A stretch of 55,309 nt of DNA from Octopus bimaculoides. Lineage: Eukaryota. A model generated the notes under the pieces. The model was given only the letters and a program-made list of their open reading frames with translations. It was not told the DNA's origin and did not search any database. The stretch is from positions 44,133,166-44,188,474 of the forward strand of contig NC_068985.1 of NCBI RefSeq assembly GCF_001194135.2. The letters are read 5' to 3'. The position numbers were made by a program, and so were the translations under genes. Positions 1 to 12,204 of this stretch are shown piece after piece (the first letter of the stretch is position 1; each line of letters opens with the position of its first letter).

Positions 1-368
1 CTATACAAACCCCCCCTAACCCTAGGGAATTGATCATTTAATTCATAGAGGATAAATGATCCCACCATATCAGCTATTTGAGCTGAGTCGGAACTTCCCA
101 TGGCAACATCAAATGCTCCAGGGGTATCTTTCCTTACCCATATCTTATCTTTAAAGCTAATAAACGATTTCCTTGCTGCTGTTATAACTTTAAATTCTTC
201 TTTAGTGAGGCCTGCTTTTTTATGGAAGAACCACATTGCCTTGTTTAGTACTATTGGGTTAATTGATCTATAAAAGTTAGCTATATCAAATTGGATAAAT
301 TTTGTTTCTTCTTTATGTTCAATTGATCTAAACCAATTAATTACTTGGTCTGTATTAGACCATAATGT
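1..368 (-). mobile_element. Penelope-like element (PLE) reverse transcriptase fragment, open frame running off the window edge
   Basis: Manual minus-strand translation has no stop: LWSNTDQVINWFRSIEHKEETKFIQFDIANFYRSI...AARKSFISF...WVRK...FDVAMGSSDSAQIADMVGSFILYEL...GGLY(R). This matches the PLE RT motifs FDIxxFY, FDVxMGSxD and GLYRDD (the last is cut by the edge). Confidence 0.85.
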
Positions 369-424
369 GTATATATACATGTATATATACATGTGTGTGT
401 GTTTAAAATGCACTTAGTACATTC

Positions 425-575
425 TGGGGAATGGTTGGTGTTAGGAAGAGCATTCAGCCATAGAAACCAAGCTAAAATCAAGTCAGTGCAGCTCTTGGCC
501 TTGCCAGTTTCTGTCAAGCTATCCAACTCATGCCAGCATGGAAAAAACAGATGTTAAATGTTGATGATGATGATG
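425..575 (+). mobile_element. RTE-type 3' tail fragment ending in (GAT)n
   Basis: Degenerate TTAGGAAGGGCATCCAGC...GCATGGAAA...GATGATGAT motif shared with many copies in the window. Confidence 0.7.
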
Positions 576-584
576 TGTGTGTAT

Positions 585-603
585 GTATATATATATATGT
601 ATA

Positions 604-680
<77 letters not shown>

Positions 681-715
681 GTGAGTATGTATATATATAT
701 ATAAATATATTTATA
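585..715. repeat. (AT)n/(GT)n compound microsatellite, representative of many in the window
   Basis: Direct reading; it is the source of the YIYI/VCVC pseudo-ORFs. Confidence 0.95.
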
Positions 716-1559
716 TATGCATATTCATTTATATATGCATATTCATTTATATATATAAGACTAGAAGTTTTCACAAAGCAACTCTTGAGAGATAATTTTT
801 CTCAAGTTAATGTCCCGTGTTTGAAGTCATCTTTGGATTTTACCATAATTGAATTAATAAGGAATTATAGATGAACAGATATGCTGGAACTCATCAATGT
901 CAGAACACGAAGAACCAACAATTTAGCTGGCAAGGCCAGGAGAGTGTTTGTATGTGTATGTGTGTGTATGTGTGTGTATGTGTGTATGCCTCTGATGGAG
1001 TGAAATGTTCACTTAAGAATGCATAAAAATAAAAAGTCTAAAAACAAAAATCAATAAAATTTCATCATTGAACTTGTGTTCCTCTACCTAAGACTCTGCA
1101 ATTTTCATTTTATTAATCCAATTATGTTGAAATTAATCCTATTAGCAAAGTTTTATTTAGCTTTAGAAAGTATGTGTAAATATTGCATAATAATGCTACC
1201 ACGAGATTACAGTTCATAAGATGGATTGTCTGTATGTGTATATAAGTGTATGTCAGTGGATGTGTGTGTGTCTTGTATGAGTATGTGTGAGTATATATTT
1301 GTGAATTGTGTGTGTTTCTATTGGTGTAACTATGTGTTTGCTTGCGGATGTTTGGATATGCTTTTGTGAAATAATATATGTGCATTTAGGGATATGGATT
1401 ATGCGTGTGTGTGTATGTGAGTCTGTGTGGTACATATGTGCAAATGAGGCACCTGTTTGTAAATTGTATGTTTATATGTGCATGAGAGAATGTGTGTATA
1501 CCTATGTATCTAAAGATGTGTGTATGTGTGTGTGGATATGTATGTATTTTTATTTTATC

Positions 1560-1774
1560 ATTTGCTTGTTTAGTAATTTGACTGTGGCCATGCTGGGGCA
1601 CCGCTTTGAGTTTTAATTAAACAAGTCAACCCCAGTCCTTTTTTTTTAAACATAGTACTTATTCAATTTGTTTCTTTTGCTGAACTGCTAGGTTACAGGG
1701 ACATAAACAAACCAACAATGGTTGTCAAGTGGTAGTGAGTGACAAACACAGGCATACACAGATACACACACATA

Positions 1775-1810
<36 letters not shown>

Positions 1811-1960
1811 TGCGATGAGCCTTTTTTCAGTTTCCATCTATGAAATTCACTTACAAGGCTTTGATTGATCCAGACACTTTCCCAAGGTGCCATGCAGTGG
1901 GACTGAACCTGAAAGCATATGATTGGGAAGCAAGCTTCTTACAACACAGCCATACCTGCA
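1560..1960 (-). mobile_element. tRNA-headed SINE family A with internal (CA)n
   Basis: Reverse complement reads GCAGG..TGGCTGTGT (A box-like), GGTTCAGTCCC (B box-like), GGCACCTTGGGAAAGTGTC, GAAACTGAAA and the family 3' body. Confidence 0.8.
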
Positions 1961-2119
1961 TTTACACACACACACACACTCACACACATATATACACACA
2001 CGCACACTCACACATATATACACACACACACACACTCACACATATATATACACCCTCACACACATATACATACATATATCAATGTTCCAATCCACATAAG
2101 TGTGTCTCAATCCCCATAA

Positions 2120-2830
2120 GTAGTTACATGAAGGGCAACAAAGAATTTATATTTATTAAGATTGTCCGTGGGGGCTGTGATAACTTGTGTTGGTCTTTTA
2201 GAGCAGCTTCTTTCTTATTGTGTGAGTGTGTGTATTCACAACTGTGCAGCCTAGGGGGTAGAACATAAATATTTATCAAGTAATTTACAGTCTGCCTCTT
2301 ATCACTGATACCTTGGGCTTCCTGTTAGAGCCACTGTAAATGTCATCAGGGCAAAGTGCTGTACTCAGCTTCTAGTGATTTGGCAGCTATTAATAATGCA
2401 ACTCCCTAGCATTCTCGACATGTATGGTGTGTCTTGCATGCAATGTTTTGTGTTTTGGGGGGTGCAGTGTAGCTCCTTGATGTTTCTTAGCTCTTTTTAG
2501 GCTTATGTATATTAATGCTGTGACAATGTGCTGTTGATGGCCATCAATAGTCATCATTTAAGATGCATGGTATGACTCTTTAGCCACTTATAGTTGTTAA
2601 ATAACTACTTCACATCATTACTACCTTGCACCGTTAATATTCAAAAGCAGTTGTGCAGTTTCCTGGTACCTTATATCAGTGTAATTGCTCACTTGGGTAC
2701 TATTTAGAAGTACTAATTGTGTGGCATAATTCTGGATTATATATGGAGTTGGCCCTCTAAAGGTTCCTTTCTGGTAATACCATGGCATCTTGTGCATGCT
2801 GCTCAAGCCCCCTTCCTCTCTGTCATTGCT
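2120..2830 (-). mobile_element. Heavily decayed RLE-type non-LTR retrotransposon (R4/Dong/NeSL-like) 3' remnant
   Basis: Frameshifted motifs appear in the expected order: RGRGL, KWLKSH..LLMAI, IINSCQI (HIISxC-like), ITAPTDNL (DVxxPxDxN-like). Confidence 0.5.
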
Positions 2831-2842
2831 TGATTTAGATGA

Positions 2843-3250
2843 ATATTTCTCAACTATTTTTTTTACCTATGGACCCCTTTGATTCGTACTTTCTAGGATG
2901 GACCCTCCTAGCCAATTTGATGTTTAAAAAAAATCATATCTTTCATCATCATCATCATCATCATCGTTTAATGTCCGCTTTCCATACTAGCATGGGTTGG
3001 ACGGTTTGACTGAGGACTGGTGAACCAGATGGCTACACCAGGCTCCAATCTGATTTGGCAGAGTTTCTACTGCTGGATGCCCTTCCTAACACCAACCACT
3101 CCGAGAGTGTTAGAAATTATATAAAAAAAAAATTGTCAAAATATTTTGTGTATTGCAGAAGTGCAAAAAGATTTATTGCAGATAAATTTTAATAACAAAA
3201 TATTTATGCAGACCCCCAAGGATCATATTGATCCCTGTCAAGAACCATTG
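2843..3250. mobile_element. hAT (Charlie-like) MITE interrupted by an RTE tail; a second copy starts at 3259
   Basis: Decayed ends ATATTTCTCAACT and GTCAAGAACCATTG; a clean CAGTGGTTCTCAACC end at 3259; flanks ATTTAGAT and GTTTAGAC resemble an 8-bp TSD; homologous to 35375-35636. Confidence 0.6.
2944..3110 (-). mobile_element. RTE 3' tail copy nested in the hAT MITE
   Basis: (CAT)n-CGTTTAATGTCCGCTTTCCATACTAGCATGGGTTGG...CCAACCACTCCGAGAGTG. Confidence 0.85.
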
Positions 3251-3464
3251 GTTTAGACCAGTGGTTCTCAACCAGAATCCATATAGCCCCCGAGAGTCCA
3301 TATAAGATTTTTGGGGGTTCATGCCAGAAAATAGTAAATTGGAGATCCACAATAGCATTCTGAGCCATTTCGGGTCTTCTCGTTTCAGCCGTATATAGAA
3401 GCTGGCTTTGTCAACTGCCTTCTGTATCCTCCTTATCACACCAGTCACAAAGCAGTTTGGATCA

Positions 3465-3720
3465 TCATCATCAACAACAGCAGGATTTTATTATTTCTTT
3501 TCCATGCTTGCATGGGTTGGACAGAGTTTACTGAGGCAGATTTTCTATGGCCAGATGCACTTCCTGTCACCAACCCTCACCTGTTTCAAAGTATGACAAT
3601 ATTTACTCATAGCCAGGCATGTTTTTGCAGAACATTGGAAATAAATAATGTTACTTGTATGACAGTGAAACTCATTTACGAAAACTAATCATGCAATGAA
3701 AAGACAAGGAGACATAAACA
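3465..3720 (-). mobile_element. Retroposon family C (RTE-like tail, distinct body); other copies at 17645-17875 (+), 32420-32632 (+), 54165-54400 (-)
   Basis: Shared motifs CTCCTTGTCTTGACA, GAAATATTACCTTG and GTAAGGGTTGG across the four copies. Confidence 0.65.
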
Positions 3721-6147
3721 TACACTCTCACACACTACATAAACATATGCACACTCACATAAACAAACACACACTCTCACAGAAACATACACTTTCATAT
3801 ATATATACACACACTCTCACACACTACATATGTGTATATATATATATAATATAAGCATAATTTTTCTCAAGTTTTTTTAGCATATATTAATAAGATAGAT
3901 AACTAAATGTCATGACATAAAATTTCTAAATTCATTTTTTTTTTATTCTTTTGTTATCTACTGACGTCATCATAACTTTAAATACTAACTGGCTTTTCTT
4001 AGACTATTATATTTCTTCTTAACATTCTTTTTGTATGCATTCATGTATCAGAGATATTATCTCAGTTCGCTTTGAATTTAACTTGTTTTTGGTTACCTTG
4101 ATAACATTGTGCTAGAATAAATTTTCAGATGTATTGATTTGACAGGTATTCTATACCTCTATTCTTCTATATCATTCAACTACGATAGTAGTTGAATAAT
4201 ATTCTTAAGGTCGCAATTTTCTCATATGCAGCATTTTTCAGAGCTTGTCACTACTTCAGTTCGTAATCAAATTGAAAACTGTTAACATTTTTCAAGAGGA
4301 CTGGTCCTGAGCTACATTTTGGCATAAAAAAATTGAGATTTGATCCAGTAGAAAAAAGTTTACATCAAAATTTGTAGCAACATTATAGGAAAGTAAGTAA
4401 CACTACCAATCAAGTTTAGATCTAAATAACTTTTTTTATTTTAAAAGCAAAATGTATTTATCTTAGCTTCAATGATAGAAGAAAGCATGAAGAATTTCAT
4501 AGTTTTGATCCCATGCAACAAAAATTTGTTATCAAAGAAGTTGTGAAGTAAAATATCACAAAAAAAAAAATATAAGTAAGGCAAAAAATTGGATTTAAGT
4601 ATAATTAACTTTTTATTTTGAAAACAAACCAAATGTTAATTAAGCTTAAATGATAGACCTCAATTCAAGGAATTTCATGGTATCAATCTCATGCAATGAA
4701 GTTTTAAAAGAAAAAAAAAGTTATGAGTGTTTGTTTCTCAAATCTGAGGGTGATAATATACTTTTTTATGAATATAGTTCTAAAGAGGGCTTTTAATATA
4801 TGTCACCAGCATCATTGATGTAAGGAAAAAATTATCAATGACACCACTAATTGACACATTTGACACATTATTCATTAGCATAATAGCATAGCCAGGAAAA
4901 AACATGGATTACATGGAAAAATGCGAGCAAGAGAAATAATATTCTTAAGATTATAAACCTGGAAAATTACAGGACAAGTTATTACACTTGGAAAAGTTCA
5001 GGACAACTTATATCTGGTAAAGTACAGAACAAGAAAACTTTTACTAAAAATATTGCAGCTAAGGATAAGATTTGAATATTAAACATTATTTGATTTTAAT
5101 TTACAAAATAACATTATAATTAAAAAAGGTACCATCATTTTGTTAAAATAGTGACACACTAGAAAATTAAAAAAATGAGAGCCAGAAGTACTAATATAGC
5201 TAAAGTTTTATGCAAAGTAGAATAGTATATATGGTAGGCAAATTCATTATGTAAAAAATAGACATAGTTCCTGTTAACCAAACCCACTCACAAGGCTTTG
5301 AGTAGCTTGGGATTTTAGGAGAAGACACTTACTCAATGTGCCACGTAGTGAGATTGAACTCAAAACCATGCAGCTGGGAAGAAAGCTTCCTAACCACACA
5401 GCCACATTTGCATCTACATCATAATTGTCATCATCATTTAATGTTCGCTTTTCATGCTAGCATGGGTTAGACTGACTACAGTCTAAAGAAACACTCTGAA
5501 GTGGTGATGACAACATTGGTGATAATTAAGAGTGACTGATTGGCAGAACTGACACTAACAAAATATCTCACAGTTTTTGATTATAAGCCTGTACATTCTT
5601 CCAACAGGTTGATTTAAATCAATTATATCCTTCACCTAAATTTGTGACCTTGCACCGATGTCACAAACCAATATTTATGCATTTAATCAATGCAAATTAT
5701 CACAACTTAAATTTCAACAAGCCATTTAGACAGTTCCACAATTTGTAACTCAGTTGCTCAAAATGTTTGTTTTTCCAAAGCATATGGGGACAGTTGGCAC
5801 ATTGTCAATGTATTTAAAACCTTTGCCAGAACATATAGTTCATGTCAGTCTTTCAAAATCTGTGACAGAGCATGTGGTGCAGTTGGCACTGAACCAGTAG
5901 GCATTTAAATCCTGCATTAGTGAGTTGTGTTTTCTTATATAGAGCAAATGACCATTTCTTCCTGTTGTGCTGATTTATATTTGGAATGTCAGTAAACATC
6001 TTTATCAACCATGTAACTACTCAGAAGACATATTTACATCCACATGTAAAAACATGCATATACAAACACACAGCTACTTCTCATATATTTATATATATGT
6101 ATGCACACATACATATATAGACATACAGGAATAAGCAAGTTAGACAG

Positions 6148-6598
6148 ATCATCATCATCATCATCATCATCATCGTCCGCTTCCCATGCTAGTATGGGTT
6201 GGACGATTTGACTGAGGACTGGTGAAACCAGATGGCTACACCAGGCTCCAATCTGATTTGGCAGTGTTTCTACAGCTGGATGCCTTTCCTAATGCCAACC
6301 ACTCAGAGAGTGTAGTGGGTGCTTTTACGTGCCACCGGCATGAAGGCCAGTCAGGCGGTACTGGCAACGGCCACGCTCAAAATGGTGTATATTTTATGTG
6401 CCACCCGCACAAGAGCCAGTCCAGGGGCACTGGCAACGATCTCGCTCGAAAGTCCTTACACATGCCACGGGCACAGATGCCATCACAATTTCGCTTTCGT
6501 TTGCCCCAATAAGTCTTCGCAAGCTGAGTTTCGTGTCCAATGAGGGAGACGACGTTGGCATGGGTGCCAGTCGTCAAATTTAACTCGATTTCGATTTC
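6148..6598 (-). mobile_element. Young, long RTE 3' UTR copy with (GAT)n tail
   Basis: CpG-retaining and near-identical to 9240-9486, 18105-18278, 50752-50940 and 55083-55309 over shared segments. Confidence 0.85.
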
Positions 6599-7984
6599 AT
6601 TAAATACATGAAATGCAAAAAATGTATATATGTTTACATACAAAAAGGTCTGACTTACATAGAATACGAATGATATAGAGAATTTGAACTTCTTTCTTTT
6701 ATCACCTCAAATGTAAGATCTCTTCCCTGATGACATAGGTTCATCTCACCCTACAATGGAATCAATCTACAAACATTATTTTGGACCACTGAGCCCCACC
6801 CCCCCCTAGAAACAGCAGATGGATTTGTAATACTTTTCTTCAACCCCTTTAATTCTTTATATCATTTGTATTCTGCTTAAGTTGGACCTTTTTGCATGTA
6901 AACATATGTATATCTTTTGTATTTCATGTATTTAATATACTATATATATTGATGTGTCTTACTTGCTTATCCCTAGATTTACTTCTATACCTGCTCAAGT
7001 TTAAATCTCTTGAGTACTACAGAAAGTGTATTCTACATGGAAAGTGCTTGATTCTCATCTATGGACTATATATAGACATAGATATACACACACACATATA
7101 AACATATATACACACACATGATGTAGATCAGAAGTGCATTATCCATTTGACACCCATGAAACTAGAATTCTAAGCAACAGCTGCACAGGAATATTTGGGT
7201 GGAATTCTTACATCCACCCTTGGTATCCAACAGTGTTGTATACACACACACATTGATAAACACACACATTGCATGTACATCGATACACACACATACACAC
7301 CAAACATTGCTATTGCTGTTGGTTGACTCATGATCACATCTGTCTTTGACTTCATTCTATTTATTTATTTTGAAGTTGTCATCCTGTCTTACTTCTTCTC
7401 ACACATGATAACATGTAAATACACACACACACACAGACAAACTCATATACACATGCACATGCCATATACATATCCATACATGCAAACACATACACAGAGA
7501 TATACATGCAATCACTATCATGAAACACAGACACAAACACACACACAAAATGACATGCACATACACACCATCATATAGATATTGTATGTGTAACACCATC
7601 ATCATCATTATCATAATTTAATGCTAGCTTTCATGCACATACATACTGTCAAGGACATATATTATACATACATCCTATCTCTACACCTACACATGCATCA
7701 TACACATCTACACAGCACATTCACATATCTACACATGCACATAACACACATATCTATACATACACTTATGAAAAATAATTAATATATATGTAATAATAAA
7801 ACATGCACACACACATATCCACACATGCATCAAAAGTACAAGGGAATATTTCTCCATTCAAAAAACAAATTAGTTTAAAAGAGAAAGGGCATATATACTA
7901 GTATAATATTTGATACACTGTCTGTACAAAAGGTAGGATGGTCATGGCTGGAACATATTTGACCATAACTCTGGTGGAACAAAG

Positions 7985-8420
7985 CTGATCTAGAGAGACC
8001 CAAGAAAACGTGGGATGAAGCGATGAGAAACAATCTTCAGACACTGGACCTCACTGAGGAAATGACAAGGGATAGGGAGATATGGCAATTTGCTGTACTT
8101 GATAAGATATGTCAAGCCAAGTAAAAATCACTGTCTTCCACACATACAAGCTTGTCCTTTCAGGTGCCAGTGCCACTTAAAAGGCACCTGTGCCAGTGCT
8201 GTGTTAATGCACTGATGCTGGTGCTACATAAACGCACCCACGATGGTGGCATGTAAAAAACATCCTGCACACTCTGTTAAGAAGTTGGCATTAGGAAGGG
8301 CAGCTAGCCATAGAAACTATGCCACAACAGAGTGTTGGAGTCCAGTAAAGCTCCCTGCTAGCCAGCTTCATGTCAAATCATCCAAATCATGCCAGCATGG
8401 AGACTGGACAGATGATGATG
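7985..8420 (+). mobile_element. RTE ORF end plus 3' UTR
   Basis: AAGAAAACGTGGGATGAAG (KxTWDE) ...GACCTCACTGAGGAAATGACAAG..., followed by the family tail to GATGATGATG. Confidence 0.7.
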
Positions 8421-9106
8421 AATTATGTAGTCTTAGATACACTATATTTGAGAACACAACAGGATGGTAAAGGGTGGAACACCTATGATCATAGGCTTTG
8501 TCAATCAAGACTAGCCTGGGGTTAACGAACAACGATGAAGAAGGACAGTAGCTTATCTCGTCCTCTATATAATCAGTTTAAACATCTGTACATAGGTGAC
8601 TGGAGGTAAAAATATGTTCAAGGGCAGAAAATTTTGGAAGGTTGTTGTTACTGAGAGGAGAAATGGTTCTTTAGTACAAGGAGGAAGAAGTACTCATCAC
8701 AGTTAACAAGACCTCCATGACTGCTGGGAGGGAGGAAATTAGGGAGGAATGGATTCTTACTCCAGAGGCCTGACCTGAAGGCTCACAACAAAGTGGATTC
8801 AGCTAAAGGCACTCAGGATCTGAATGAACAGAGTGAGTCTTGGAAGAGATGGGATTCAGGCTGCTATTTCAGAACAAGTGGGTCTTGGAAGTAATGGTAT
8901 TTCACGTAGCTGGTTCAGATGAACAAAGGCCATTGTAATAGCAATATAAGACACTAAGAGGTTAAACATCATGTCCATTGTGAGCCAGTGATTGTAGAGT
9001 GTTGGTAATTCGAGCTTTGCTATTCATTAGAATGCTCTTACTTTAGATTCTTCTGAGGTACAAACATTTTTCTTTGATATTACTTTAAATATTTTTTATT
9101 TTATTC

Positions 9107-9544
9107 AAGCGCAGGAGTGGCTGTGTGGTTCCGGGTTCAGTCCCACTGCGTGGCACCTTGGGCAAGTGTCTTCTACTATAGCCTCGGGCCAACCAAAGCC
9201 TTGCGAGCGCATTTGGTAGACAGAAACTGAAAGAAGCCTGTGGCATGTAAAATACACCATTTTAAGCGTGGCCGTTGCCAGTACCGCCTGACTGGCCTTC
9301 GTGCCGGTGGCACGTAAAAGCACCTACAACACTCTCGGAGTGGTTGGCGTTAGGAAGGGCATCAAGCTGTAGAAACTCTGCCAAATCAGATTGGAGCCTG
9401 GTGTAGCCATCTGGTTTCACCAGTCCTCAGTCAAATCGTCCAACCCATGCTAGCATGGAAAGCGGACGTTAAACGATGATGATGATATATATATATATGT
9501 ATATGTTTCTGTGTCTGTGTTTGTCCCCCCAACATCGCTTGACA
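9107..9544 (+). mobile_element. SINE A with a young RTE 3' UTR copy (9240-9486) inside it
   Basis: SINE head AGCGCAGGAGTGGCTGTGTGG...GAAACTGAAAGAAGCC, then the RTE tail, then the SINE A body resumes (GTTTGTCCCCCCAACATCGCTTGACA) up to the gap. Confidence 0.8.
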
Positions 9545-10802
9545 NNNNNNNNNNNNNNNNNNNNNNNNNNNNNNNNNNNNNNNNNNNNNNNNNNNNNNNN
9601 NNNNNNNNNNNNNNNNNNNNNNNNNNNNNNNNNNNNNNNNNNNNNNNNNNNNNNNNNNNNNNNNNNNNNNNNNNNNNNNNNNNNNNNNNTTTACCCCAGT
9701 AAATTGCTGGTACTATTTCTTTACTAAGTTTTGCTAATTAACCAGATAAATACATCAGTGATTAGATTGAAATTAAAAAGATTATTGACACAAGAACTGA
9801 GGGACTGAATGAAATGGTGTTAAGTTCTTTACCATATTTACTATTTTTATTCCTTTTCCCTCCTTGTTGCTGCCTGTCAGTCAGTCTGTCTCGTGTGTGT
9901 GTGTGTGTGTGTGTGGGGAGAGAGAGAGAGAGAGAAATAGATAGATACAGAGTGAATACTGTAAAATAATATTTGTCAAACATTCCAAGAAACTGGTTCC
10001 CATTTACATCATCGAAAACTTTTCTCCCACCGCCACCACATTGTCATCACAATCATCATCATCATTTCATCTGACATGTGTTTTGTCATGCTTGCAACAG
10101 AAAGAGGCTTATGTGTCACCTCTAACATATTGTTAGAGAGAGAAAGAGAGAGAGAGAGAGGGAGGGAGAGAGAGGGGTGAAGTAAAAACAATGTGTAGCA
10201 GAGCATGGAAAATTGGGGCAAAGATTTAATGCTTCAATGCAGCCTGCCTAATGTCAACCCTTGCATGTATGAGTGGGAGGAAAGGAGAGAGTAAGGGGAG
10301 AAAGAGAGGGAGTAGTCATGTGAGAGAGTGATTCTTCTCAAATAGAAGCAAATGATTAAATATAAAGAATATATAAAAAAAAAACAAAACAAAAGAAACC
10401 AAAATGGAAAAATATCCAAAAAGTAAAGAATATGGTATGGTATCAGGGTTGCATGGATTATAGAAAATATTGGTTATGTTTTGAAAGAACAGAGATTTTA
10501 AAGGCAAATAAATGATTTACAATAGAATATTGGAATCAGTTTCCATAAAGCAAAATCCCTAAGGAATAAATGATAGCAAATATACTACAAGAACAGAAAG
10601 AAATCATGCAACTGAATCGTAAAAGAATTATTCAAATATATTTATGTGAAGATTTTGGTTTAGTATGGCATAAAGACAAGGAAATTGTGTAATATGTCAG
10701 TAATATATTATGTAAAGTCTTTTGTTAGAAAAACGTCTCTGCGGAATAACCAAAGCAAACAGCTGAAGTTTGTACATGCATGTGTGTGAGGGTGCGTGTG
10801 TT

Positions 10803-11296
10803 ACTTTACTGCTTTTAGGCACTGACCTGTGGCCATACTGGAGCACAGTCTTTAAGGGTTTTTCAGTTGTTCATATTTCTGCCTGCTGTGTATCTTTTTA
10901 ATGTTTTCTTTCATCTTTTAATGGTTTTTTTCAGTCATTGGACTCTGGCCATGCTGGAGTACCACCTCAAAGGGTTTAACCAAGACAAATCTACATCCAC
11001 CCCGGTATTTATTTTTCTGCATGTATTTTTGCTAAACTGCAGAGTTCAGACGAATTTAAACAAACCAACACCAGTTGTCAAATGAGGCAGGACAAATGCA
11101 AAGACAGATATATACATATGTACATAAAGATACAACAGACTTCCACATATTTTCCATCGACCAAGTTCACTCCTAAGACATTGGTTGGTCCAGGGCTATA
11201 GTAGAAGACACTGGCCCAAGATGCTGTGCAGTGTGCCTGAGCCTGAAACCATGTGGTTGGGAAGCAAACTTCTTAATAGCCATGCTTGCACCTATA
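10803..11296 (-). mobile_element. SINE A, left member of a head-to-head pair
   Basis: Reverse-complement family motifs; the head ends at TGCACCTATA (11287-11296). Confidence 0.75.
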
Positions 11297-11300
11297 TGTA

Positions 11301-11660
11301 TATAGGTGCAAGAGAGGCTGTGTGGTAAGAAGCTTGCTTCCCAACCACATGGTTTTGGGTTCAGTCCTACTGCATGGCACCTTGGGCAAGTGTCTTCTAC
11401 TATAGCCTCAGGCTGACCAAAGTGTTGTGAGTGGATTTGGTTGATGGAAACGGAAATAAGCCTGTAGTATATATATATATGTATGTATGTATGTATTTGT
11501 CCCCACCACCATCGCTTGACACCGATGTTGGTGTGTTTACATCCCCATAACTTAGCAGCTTGGCAAAAGCGATCAATAGAATAAGTACTAGGCTTACAAA
11601 GAATAAGTCCTGGGGTGCTCCAGCATGGCCGCAGTCAAATGACTGAAACAAATAAAAGAA
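11301..11660 (+). mobile_element. SINE A, full length, right member of the head-to-head pair
   Basis: TATAGGTGCA..GGCTGTGTGG, GGTTCAGTCC, body, and tail CAAATGACTGAAACAAATAAAAGA. Confidence 0.85.
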
Positions 11661-11952
11661 TATATATATGTGTGTGTGTGTGCAGGCATGTTTATATATA
11701 TACACACACATACATATATATATGCCAAACTCACCTTAAGAATATGTATACCAATATAATTTCAGTTAAACTATGAACATTTATTCCATTAAAATATATC
11801 TTTATATTTATATTTTTTATACATATAAACACATATTAAACACATTAATCTCTACTTGTGTTTAAAAGTTAAGCTTGTTTTAATTACACAAAAAATATAT
11901 ATATATATAAAAGAAAATTTTGGTACATTTTCAAGTCTTTCTCAGTATTTTT

Positions 11953-12004
<52 letters not shown>

Positions 12005-12204
12005 TGTACGTATGCATGTACATACATATATGTATGTATATACATGTACATACATACATGTATGTATGTATGTATGTTTACAAATGTTTGTTTTTATGTT
12101 ATTATAAAAACTATTTTACATTAAATCAAAAGATTACTCAATACAGTTGGTAGAGTAGAAATTTATTATTCTTTAACAAGAATAGTATTGACAATGACTT
12201 TGGA

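Noticed and set aside
15-26. CCCTAACCCTAGGG, telomere-like
   Set aside because: A single unit lying inside the PLE RT coding frame.
530-874. YIYI/VCVC/HTHT/poly-V ORFs throughout the track
   Set aside because: Translations of dinucleotide and trinucleotide microsatellites.
790-1010. Possible plus-strand PLE C-terminus (LWIL..ELIN-CxN) with a decayed hammerhead CTGATGGAGTGAAA
   Set aside because: Motifs need several frameshifts; the core lacks A9 and stem II; too weak to call.
2621-2806. 61-aa ORF that looks like a host exon
   Set aside because: It lies within the decayed RLE-LINE remnant; LINE motifs are in other frames.
4465-4549. Plus-strand terminal-exon-like frame FNDRRKHEEFHSFDPMQQKFVIKEVVK*
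   Set aside because: Short, no recognisable homology and no supporting upstream exon.
9408-9432. CTGAGGA-CTGGT-GAAAC on the antisense strand of the RTE tails
   Set aside because: No stem II, no GUH closure and no stem I; not a hammerhead.
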